Shown: positions 9,946-17,350 of the stretch, piece by piece
Numbering within the stretch: position 1 is the first letter of the stretch
How the letters are laid out: every line of letters begins with the position of its first letter
Assembly (NCBI RefSeq): GCF_900289195.1
Contig: NZ_OMOH01000001.1
Coordinates: 298,706 to 330,705, forward strand
Reading direction: 5' to 3'
Length of the DNA stretch: 32,000 nucleotides
DNA from: Propionibacterium ruminifibrarum
GTDB taxonomy: Bacteria; Actinomycetota; Actinomycetes; Propionibacteriales; Propionibacteriaceae
The notes under the pieces: model-generated
What the model was told of the DNA's origin: nothing
The model's input: the letters and a program-made list of their open reading frames with translations, nothing else
Database searches by the model: none
Translations under genes and position numbers: made by a program

Positions 9946-12900
9946 TCAGCCCCCAAGGGCCCCGCTCCGGGTGACCCCGACGGACCCCGGCCCCTGGGAG
10001 CGCAGCCCGGCGACCATCTGTCGCAGCCCCTCCCGGCCGACGAGCCGGGCTGGACGTTCATCGGTACCGCTCATGACGTGGTGGAAGACGGCATCAACGC
10101 GCTCGGGCGGGACACCGACGATCTCGGACCAGGCGAGTCGGTAGAGGGCGAGTTGGAGGGCGTCACCAGGACCGTCGTAGGTCTTCCAGTCGACGACCCT
10201 GAAGTCGTGGTCCGGGTCGTCGTCGAGTGTGAAGACCGCGTCGATGCGGCCGCGGATCTGCTGGCCGTCGACCATGAGGACGAAGGCCTCCTCGATGGCG
10301 CACGGGGTGCGTTCGGCGTAGGGGCCGGCCTCGAAACGCTCCTTGAGCCTGTCAAGCCTGGCACGCGCCGGTTCGGCGCCCGCAGCGGCGTGGGCGCCGA
10401 ACCGGCCGTCGTCGGCGAGGTCATCCACACCTCCTGGCTGCAGCATCCGGTCGTCGATGAGCGGGCTGCCCGCCCGACGGAAACGGGCCTCGACCCACTC
10501 GTGGAAACTCGTGCCGACACCGGCGCCGACACTCGCCCGGCGCGGCATCGGCCTGGCGAGGGTGGCCATGAACTCGGCGCGGTCCTGCTGGGACTGGATG
10601 AGTGCCGTTGCCGACAGCGAGCCGGGCACCGGGACCTGGCCATCCCCGTCGGCGCGGCGGGCGGCCTGGGCGAGGAGCAGCTCTGATTCACGCGCCCAGC
10701 GGTCGACCGTGGCCTGGTCGTCGAGGTCGAGGGGCTCGTCACTGGTGAACTCCCCGGACTCCTCGTCCTGCTCCGACCGGGCACGGCCGAGGACGAAGGC
10801 GGCCAGCGCCTCGAGACGCCTCTGGGCCTGTTCGTCACCCGTGCTGGGCCAGCTGATGCGCAGGTGGCCGTCGCCGAGCGGGTTCTCGCCGGTGACGGTC
10901 TGCGGCTCAGCCACCACGTCCTGCGCGCTCTCGGCGAGAACCGCGTAGTAGGGCGAGATCCCACGAGGCCTGGAACGGCCGGGCTCCCAGACGTGGCTGG
11001 TCGCGACGAGGTCATGCCTGGCGCGGGTGATCGCCACATAGGCCAGCCGGTCCTCGGCGAAACCGGCCGCCGACTTGAGTTCCTCGGCATGGGCACGGAT
11101 GCCGTCACGCGAGGCCTCCGACAGCGCCGGCCGGCTGCCGGCGTCGCCACGGAGCGGACCGGGAAGGAGCCTGGCCGAGCTCACCCAGTTGTCCGCGCGG
11201 TGATCCGGGAAGACCCCGTCGACCAGCCACGGGAGATAGACGCGGTCCCATTCGAGGCCCTTCGCGCGGTGGACGGTGAGCAGTTTGACCGAGTCGCCGG
11301 CGGAGACGACCGCCTGCTCGATGCCGTTCTCGTGGTCGATCTGCACGTCGAGATGGGCGAGGAAGGCGCTCAGTCCCGCCTGCGGATCGACATCGGTGAA
11401 CTCCGTCACCACGTCGAGGAAACGCCGCACCTGATCGCGTCTGCCCTGGCGGAAGAACGCCGGGTCCCCCTCGAGTTCGGCGTCGACGCCGGCCAGCAGG
11501 CAGATCCGCCGCACGAGATCGGCGAGTGGGGCATCCATCCCGCGCCGTAGCCGCGCGAATTCCGTGGCGAAGCGGCGCAGCCGGTGCCCGCCCTGCTCGG
11601 AGATCCCGGGGATCTGCCCATCGAGGGCGTCGAGAAGGCATACCGGTGGCCGGACGAGCCCCTCGACGAAGGCCGCCATGGCGCCGTCACCGTCATCGCC
11701 GGCCGGATCGCGCCCCGGGGCCGCCCCGGCCGGGGATTCCTGCTCCGCGGCTGTGGAGCGAGCCGCCTCGGCGAGACGTGTCAAGTCGCTCGCCCCGATC
11801 CGCCAGCGCCGCGAGGTGAGCAGCTCGACGAGCGCGGGGTTGTTCGTCTCGTCGTCGAGCAGCCGCAGTGTGGCGACGATCTCACGCACCGGGCTCAACG
11901 AGACCAGGCCGCCGATGCCGACGATCTCGACCGGCACGTCGGCTTCGACCAGTTCCTCGTAGATGCGTCCTGTCGAGGTGTTCGTTCGACAGAGGATGGC
12001 CATGCCGGCCCACCGGCCCGGGCCTCCGTGCGCGGCGACATCGGCGGCGAGCCAGGCCATCTCCTCGTCGACATCGGTGAACCGCCCCACCGTGACACGG
12101 CCGGGCTCGGTCCCTTCGGGGGCGCGCAGCCGCTGACCCGTCGGGTCGGTGACCGGCATGGCGGGGTCCTCGTCGAGCCGGGCCGCCACCTCGTTGGCGC
12201 ACCGCAGGATCACCGGGCCGCTCCGACGGTTGACGGTCAGCGAGTAGACCTCTGCCGGGCTGTTGTCGCTCCGCCGGAAGGTGCGGGGGAATTCGGCGAT
12301 GGTGTTCGCGGCGGCCCCGCGCCAGCCGTAGATGCCCTGGCGGGGGTCGCCGACCGCCATGACCGGATGACCGAGGCCGTGCTCGGTGTCGGGGCCGGAG
12401 AACAGCCCGGAGAGCATCATCGTCTGGGCCGCGGAGGTGTCCTGGTACTCGTCGAGCAGGACGGCGCGGAACCTTTGGCGCAGCGCATCGGAGGCCTGGG
12501 GCACCCGGAGGCTGATCGTGGTGGCCCGGGCCATCTGGTCCCCGAAGTCGCCGACGGCGAGCTGTTTCTTGCGCATCCGGTAGGCGCGCACCAGCCCGAG
12601 CAGCTCGAGCCGGGTGCGGGCCACGTCGATGGCGTGGGTGACATCCCGGTAGGGCCTGCCCCTGTGGAGCGGGGCCTCACGCAACCCGGTGATGAGTGAG
12701 CCGGTGAAGGCCTCGAGCCGGTCGGGGTCGACGAGATGGCTGCTCATCTCGTTGTCGAGCGTGATGAGGTGGTCCACCAGGGTCGCCGGTGAGATGTCGG
12801 TGAGGTACTCCCAGCCGCCCTCGGCGGCCGAGACGACCTGCCCGGCGAGCCGGTAGCGCATCGGCTCGGCGAGCAGCCGTTCGATCGGGTCCTCGCCGAT

Positions 12901-13269
12901 GCGCGGGGCGTACTCGGCGACCAGGTGTCCGGCGAAGGCGTCGTAGGTCATGACGAGCTGGGCCTGCATGTCGTGCAGGGTCTCCTCGTCGACGACTCCG
13001 GACCGCTCCAGGGCCGCACTGATGCGGGCCGACAACTCGCCGGCTGCCTTGCGGGTGAACGTCAGCCCGAGCACCTGGTCGGCCCGCACGGCGCCCGTCC
13101 CGACGAGCCAGACGACGCGCGCCGCCATGACGGTGGTCTTGCCCGAGCCCGCACCGGCCATGACGACGCCGGGCTCGAGGGGAGCGGTGATGGCGGCCAG
13201 CTGCTCCTCGGAGAAGGGGATGCCCAGGGCCTCACACAGCTGGCCGGGATCGTGCAGTGGTGCGGTCAT
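9946..13269 (-). CDS. adnB: AdnB-like helicase-nuclease subunit (UvrD-like motor + C-terminal RecB-type nuclease, 1107 aa)
   Basis: ORF 9946..14136 trimmed to ATG 13269, which overlaps the adnA stop (ATGA). Motifs are MAGAGSGKTTVMAARV, LLDEYQDTSAAQ, VGDPRQGIYGWRGA and TVHRAKGLEWDRV. The nuclease has RGRIDAVF..FRVVDWKTY..LQLALYRLAW. Confidence 0.88.
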   Translation of the reverse strand: MTAPLHDPGQLCEALGIPFSEEQLAAITAPLEPGVVMAGAGSGKTTVMAARVVWLVGTGAVRADQVLGLTFTRKAAGELSARISAALERSGVVDEETLHDMQAQLVMTYDAFAGHLVAEYAPRIGEDPIERLLAEPMRYRLAGQVVSAAEGGWEYLTDISPATLVDHLITLDNEMSSHLVDPDRLEAFTGSLITGLREAPLHRGRPYRDVTHAIDVARTRLELLGLVRAYRMRKKQLAVGDFGDQMARATTISLRVPQASDALRQRFRAVLLDEYQDTSAAQTMMLSGLFSGPDTEHGLGHPVMAVGDPRQGIYGWRGAAANTIAEFPRTFRRSDNSPAEVYSLTVNRRSGPVILRCANEVAARLDEDPAMPVTDPTGQRLRAPEGTEPGRVTVGRFTDVDEEMAWLAADVAAHGGPGRWAGMAILCRTNTSTGRIYEELVEADVPVEIVGIGGLVSLSPVREIVATLRLLDDETNNPALVELLTSRRWRIGASDLTRLAEAARSTAAEQESPAGAAPGRDPAGDDGDGAMAAFVEGLVRPPVCLLDALDGQIPGISEQGGHRLRRFATEFARLRRGMDAPLADLVRRICLLAGVDAELEGDPAFFRQGRRDQVRRFLDVVTEFTDVDPQAGLSAFLAHLDVQIDHENGIEQAVVSAGDSVKLLTVHRAKGLEWDRVYLPWLVDGVFPDHRADNWVSSARLLPGPLRGDAGSRPALSEASRDGIRAHAEELKSAAGFAEDRLAYVAITRARHDLVATSHVWEPGRSRPRGISPYYAVLAESAQDVVAEPQTVTGENPLGDGHLRISWPSTGDEQAQRRLEALAAFVLGRARSEQDEESGEFTSDEPLDLDDQATVDRWARESELLLAQAARRADGDGQVPVPGSLSATALIQSQQDRAEFMATLARPMPRRASVGAGVGTSFHEWVEARFRRAGSPLIDDRMLQPGGVDDLADDGRFGAHAAAGAEPARARLDRLKERFEAGPYAERTPCAIEEAFVLMVDGQQIRGRIDAVFTLDDDPDHDFRVVDWKTYDGPGDALQLALYRLAWSEIVGVPPERVDAVFHHVMSGTDERPARLVGREGLRQMVAGLRSQGPGSVGVTRSGALGG

Positions 13270-16200
13270 CTGGAGTCCTCCCGGGTCCAGAGCGGACATC
13301 CGCTCCGGTGGGTGCAGGTGCGGCACAGGTCGCCCTGGACTGCCGTCCAGTCGCCGCTGGCGGCGTGTGTCAGGGCCTGCGTCATGGCGTCGTGGATCCA
13401 TGTGGGTCCGCCGCCCTCGGGCTGCTCGGCCAGCGGCGGGTAGGGGTGGTCCTCGATACTCGGCTGAGTCAGCACCTTCGGCTGACCGGGTTCTTTCGCG
13501 CTCTGGGGGACACGGAGATGGACGAGTTCCGCGCCGCCGAGGTCGGGACGTGGCCCTGTCAGATCGGCGCAGGCGCCCTCGGCGACAGCCAGCTGATACG
13601 CACCGAGTTGCAGATGGGCGGCGAGCTGCTTCTGGGTGGGCACGCGCCGGCCGGTCTTGAAGTCGACGACGTGAACGCGGCCGGTGTCCTGCTCGCGTTC
13701 GAGGCGGTCGATGGTGCCGCGCAGGAGGACGATGCCGCCCGGCAGGTGGAAACGGTGCGTGATGGGCACCTCGACCCCGACGACCTCGCGTCCACGCTGG
13801 GCGGACGACCACGCCCCCAGACGATCGAGCATCTCGTGGGTCGCATCGCGCTGGGCCCGGCTCTGCCATGCGATGTCGAAGCCGATGAGGTCCCAGTACT
13901 CGTCGACCTGCTCGTGCTGACGCGTGATGCTCCATCCGTGCACGACGGCGTTCTCGGCCATCTTGTGGACGAGTGAACCGATCGCCGCCTGGGGGCCGGC
14001 CGCCTCCGGGGCACCGGCCCGGGAGTCGAGGAACCAGCGCCGGGGGCACCTGGCCAGCTTCTCGAGGCCGGTGACGCTCACGGTCAGTTCCGGACGTGCC
14101 CGGGACGCCGCCCCGCTGAGCCCTCCCAGCCCCCACCAGGTGGAGGCATCGGCGGCCTGGACGAGTCGTCGCCCGTGCGCCGAACGCGCGCCGGCGAGTT
14201 CGGCGATGCGCTCGGCGGCCCTGCGGCGCAGGGCCTGTGGCCGGGCGGGGTCGAGAGCGGTCCGGCGCAGTTCGCCGACGAGCTCGTCGAGGGTGCTGTT
14301 GCGTCGTGTCCCGGGGCGGGGCTCCTGGCGGGGTTCGACACCGAGTTCGGCGATGAACCGGGAGGGTACGCCACCCTCGGAGCCCTCACCGGCCACCGCT
14401 GTGACGAGCAGCGTCCGCGTGGCACGGCTGACGGCCAGGGCGAACAGCCGACGTTCCTGCCGCACCCATTCCCGGGCCGCCTCGAGCGCGTCACGACCGG
14501 TCTGGTCCGTGCCGGCCGGATCACCGATCATCTCGGCAGACAGGAGTCCCTCACCGCCCCGCTGCCCTGGCCAGGTGCCCTCGACGAGATCGACGAGGGC
14601 CACGTGGGCCCACTGACGGCCCTTGACCCGGTGTGCGGTGATGACCTGGACTCCCCTGCCGTGGGGGTCGGACTCCCGGGCCCGGTCACCGGGGATCTCC
14701 TGGCCGTTGATCTCGGCGACGAGGGTGCGCAGGCCCCGGTCCCCCTCCAGCCTGTCGTGTCGGGCGGCCAGGTCGAACAGGGCGCACAGGGCATCCAGAT
14801 CTCGTTGGGCCGGCGCAGAGTTCTCGTCCTGGCCCAGGGCCTCGGCGCGAAGCCGCGCCGGCCAGTCGGTGCCCTGCCACAGGCTCCACAGCACCTCGTA
14901 GACGCCCGAACCGCGTCTGAGGCCGCGGGCCGCAGTGCCGAGAAGTGCCCCCAACGCCGTCAGCGCAGCGGCCTCGTCCCCGGCCGACGTCGGGACCGGA
15001 TGGTCCTGGCCGGTGGCCACCGGGCCGGCAGTCGTCCGGGCCTGGCCCCCAGCGCCCGCCCCGCCGCCAGAGCCCATCGCTGTGACGGCGGACCGACCGA
15101 TCAGGTCGAGCAGCGACTCATCCGAGCCGTCGGTGCCGCGCCGGAGGCGGCGACGGAGCAGCCGCAGCGTCCTGGGCTCCACCGGGCACAGTGGGCCGCC
15201 CACGAGGGAGAGGACGCGTGGGGAGCCGAACCGCCCTAGACTGGCCAGTTCGAGGCAGCACTCGGCGGCCTCGACCAGGTGCTGGACGCATCGCTGCTCA
15301 CCCAGGGCGATGTCGTCCCCGTCGACGTCGACGGGGACGCCGAGGCCCTCCAGCGCCCTCGCGACGAGCGCCAGCTGGCTCTTCCCGGATCTGCCGACGA
15401 CCGCCATGTCGGACCAGGCCGTGCCCTGCATGTGGTGGTCCCGCAGCCACCGGGCAACGGCATCCAGCTGGGCCGTCGCGGACGGGTGGAGCAGGGCGTC
15501 GACACGGGGCTCGTCGTCCCCGGGGGAACGGCTGCCGCGAGGGTCCACATCGGTGTCTGCCGACCACGCCCGTTCCTGCACCGTCACCGCCTCGCACCCC
15601 GGTTCGGCCGGATTGTGCGCGAGCACCGCCCGGAGCGCGGCCCGCACCTCGCGTACACCGCTGTGGTCGCCCGCGAGTCCGATGATCCTCGGCTCCTCGA
15701 GGCCCGGCGCGGTGAACCGGCGCGGGAAGTCGGCGACCGCTCGTGCGTCAGCACCGCGGAAGGCGAAGACGCGGGTGCTGGGGTCGGCCGTGGCGATCAC
15801 GGGGACACCCAGTTCGTGCACGTGCGCGAGCAGCCCGATCTGCGACCTGTCGAGTTCGGCGAACTCGTCGGCGTAGACGCCCTGCACACGCGAGGAGACA
15901 CCGGCCGCGGCTCGTTCGTCGAGCAACAGGAGCCGTGTCCGGTGGACGAGTTCGGCATAGTCCCAGGCGCCCTGACCGTCGAGCACGTCGAGGTACTTCT
16001 CGAAGAAGACCCCCAGTCCGACCCACTGGGAGCGGCCGGTGCGTTCGCCCAGCTCGATGAGGTCATCGGGGTCGAGCCCGTACTGACGAGCCCGGGCCAT
16101 ACCGGTACGGACCTCCTGGGTGAAGGCACGTGTCCGCAGGGCCGGGCGGACGTCCGGCGGCCACAACTGCTCACCGGCGCCGGCGAGGAGTTCGCGCACC

Positions 16201-16559
16201 TGCATCTCCTGCTCGGGCCCGGTCAGGACTCGGGGAATCCCGCCGGAATCGTCGAACGACCCGTAGGCGGACTGGAGGGCCAGGCACCAGCCCGGGACCG
16301 TGGTCATGACCGGCGCCCGCTGCGTGCGCCCGATCCGCGCGATGATCTCGGCGCGGAGCCGATGGGCCGCGGGCCGGGACCAGGTGAGCACGACGAGCCG
16401 GTCGAGGCTGCTCCCTGACTCGACGGCGGCGGCGACGGCTTCGACTAGCGCAGTGCTCTTGCCGGTGCGCGGGCCGCCCACCCCCAGGACAGCGGCGTGC
16501 GGCCTGGCGGCCGCTTCGAGGAAAGCGCGCTGCCACCGATCCATCCGCTGCCCAGCCAT
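13266..16559 (-). CDS. adnA: AdnA-like helicase-nuclease subunit (1097 aa)
   Basis: ORF 13266..16718 trimmed to ATG 16559 (MAGQRMDRWQRAF..). Motifs are Walker A GVGGPRTGKSTALV, VYADEFAELD and TAHRVKGRQWAHV. The nuclease has RGTIDRLE..VHVVDFKTGR..LQLGAYQLAV. There is a four-Cys AddB-like signature (ARCPRRW ... CRTCTHRSGC, that is C-x2-C-x5-C). Confidence 0.85.
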   Translation of the reverse strand: MAGQRMDRWQRAFLEAAARPHAAVLGVGGPRTGKSTALVEAVAAAVESGSSLDRLVVLTWSRPAAHRLRAEIIARIGRTQRAPVMTTVPGWCLALQSAYGSFDDSGGIPRVLTGPEQEMQVRELLAGAGEQLWPPDVRPALRTRAFTQEVRTGMARARQYGLDPDDLIELGERTGRSQWVGLGVFFEKYLDVLDGQGAWDYAELVHRTRLLLLDERAAAGVSSRVQGVYADEFAELDRSQIGLLAHVHELGVPVIATADPSTRVFAFRGADARAVADFPRRFTAPGLEEPRIIGLAGDHSGVREVRAALRAVLAHNPAEPGCEAVTVQERAWSADTDVDPRGSRSPGDDEPRVDALLHPSATAQLDAVARWLRDHHMQGTAWSDMAVVGRSGKSQLALVARALEGLGVPVDVDGDDIALGEQRCVQHLVEAAECCLELASLGRFGSPRVLSLVGGPLCPVEPRTLRLLRRRLRRGTDGSDESLLDLIGRSAVTAMGSGGGAGAGGQARTTAGPVATGQDHPVPTSAGDEAAALTALGALLGTAARGLRRGSGVYEVLWSLWQGTDWPARLRAEALGQDENSAPAQRDLDALCALFDLAARHDRLEGDRGLRTLVAEINGQEIPGDRARESDPHGRGVQVITAHRVKGRQWAHVALVDLVEGTWPGQRGGEGLLSAEMIGDPAGTDQTGRDALEAAREWVRQERRLFALAVSRATRTLLVTAVAGEGSEGGVPSRFIAELGVEPRQEPRPGTRRNSTLDELVGELRRTALDPARPQALRRRAAERIAELAGARSAHGRRLVQAADASTWWGLGGLSGAASRARPELTVSVTGLEKLARCPRRWFLDSRAGAPEAAGPQAAIGSLVHKMAENAVVHGWSITRQHEQVDEYWDLIGFDIAWQSRAQRDATHEMLDRLGAWSSAQRGREVVGVEVPITHRFHLPGGIVLLRGTIDRLEREQDTGRVHVVDFKTGRRVPTQKQLAAHLQLGAYQLAVAEGACADLTGPRPDLGGAELVHLRVPQSAKEPGQPKVLTQPSIEDHPYPPLAEQPEGGGPTWIHDAMTQALTHAASGDWTAVQGDLCRTCTHRSGCPLWTREDSR

Positions 16560-16566
16560 GGCGACA

Positions 16567-16588
16567 ATGCAAGCACAGACCACCGACG
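16567..16588 (-). promoter_or_regulatory. Possible RecA-NDp-like promoter for adnA-adnB-nudC (degenerate)
   Basis: The minus strand reads CGTCGGTG-gtctgtgc-TTGCAT, then 7 nt (tgtcgcc), then ATG 16559. This is the same motif/8/hexamer/7/ATG geometry as recC and uvrD2, but the hexamer lacks the A at position 2. Confidence 0.4.
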
Positions 16589-16925
16589 TTTTCCCGCGGA
16601 CGGCGCCGGGCCGTCCGCCACGGCACCGGCCCGCGCCCACCCCGTGATCGTCCGGCCCGTGGGAGCCCTCGCCGCCGCATGACCGCGCGCCGAGCCTCCA
16701 GACACCACTGTTGATCATTCAAACGATCTCCGGCAGCCAGCGGCTACGGGCGAAAAGTCGACATCAAGATTCACCCACTGCGTGCCTGTGACATTGCCGT
16801 GACGGGGAGCGATGTTATTCGCTGGGTCATGCTGAATGCGTTGCCGGCAGGTGATACCAGCAGGTCTCCCTCACCTAGGTACTCGAAAAATGATCGACCC
16901 ATCAATGGATACCGTGGCCGTCGAG

Positions 16926-16934
16926 TGTTATGTT
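16926..16934 (+). promoter_or_regulatory. Extended -10 promoter element TGtTATGTT (copy A)
   Basis: TGn + TATGTT lies 48 nt upstream of the AAGGAGG-ATG at 16982. The identical 9-mer is conserved in copy B inside a block that is 59/65 identical. Confidence 0.55.
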
Positions 16935-16959
16935 CGGTTTTAACCGAGCTTCCGGAGAG

Positions 16960-16980
16960 CCGGGTTCAAGGAGGAACCGG
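16960..16980 (+). promoter_or_regulatory. Leader hairpin presenting or occluding the Shine-Dalgarno sequence (copy A)
   Basis: CCGgGTTC-AAGGAG-GAACCGG forms a 7-bp stem with one bulged nucleotide and a 6-nt loop that is the SD core. It ends 1 nt before the ATG. Confidence 0.4.
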
Positions 16981-16981
16981 T

Positions 16982-17170
16982 ATGTCCGTGGCCCTGTATC
17001 AAGAATAGTGGCACCCAGAATTGTTCGAGCCGGCAACAGCGGACCGTATCGCGATCGCGAATCATGCCGCCAGGGGCTGATGAATCCCGCGGGGATCGTC
17101 GATGCCACGGGGATGGGATCACCGCCCATCGAGGCGCCACCCTGCGCATCAGCCGCTGCGCGCCGACAGA
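16982..17170 (+). pseudogene. Truncated, disrupted 5' stub of an OYE2-like enoate-reductase paralogue
   Basis: ATG TCC GTG GCC CTG TAT CAA GAA TAG reads MSVALYQE*, then PELFEPATADRIAIANHAARG*. OYE2 reads [29 protein letters not shown]. An extra segment of about 15 nt carries the in-frame TAG. Nucleotide similarity to OYE2 continues, with frame breaks, to about 17170. The end is approximate. Confidence 0.7.
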
Positions 17171-17350
17171 AGAAGTCGGGACCGAGCACACCCGACGCGA
17201 TCCCTACAGCCCGACCACACCACAGTCATCATCCACGATCAACGAAAACACGCTCGCCAGACAAATGAGCACAACCGAACCCAGGAGCCATCAGCGCCAC
17301 TGCCAGCCAACGGCGCCATGCGTCAATCACAGCGCGAGGGGAAGAACGCA

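Larger units (their letters stand above)
16598..17170. repeat. Copy A of a diverged direct repeat of about 0.57 kb (adnA-proximal intergenic + promoter/leader + 5' stub of an OYE2-like gene); boundaries approximate
   Basis: Hand-aligned anchors shared with copy B at a constant offset of 3136-3137 bp: ccccgtgatcgtccggc (16640/19776), gcatgaccgcgc (16677/19813), gttgatcattcaa (16710/19847), tcgacatcaaga (16758/19894), gtcgagtgttatgttc (16920/20057), ATG (16982/20119). Confidence 0.8.

Noticed and set aside
13270-14136. 289-codon upstream extension of the adnB ORF, and the 16560..16718 extension of adnA
   Set aside because: The adnB extension overlaps the adnA nuclease domain in another frame. 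The ATGA overlap at 13266-13269 gives a canonical coupled start. The adnA extension (MINSGVWRLGARSCGG..) is low-complexity and lies in the duplicated intergenic sequence.
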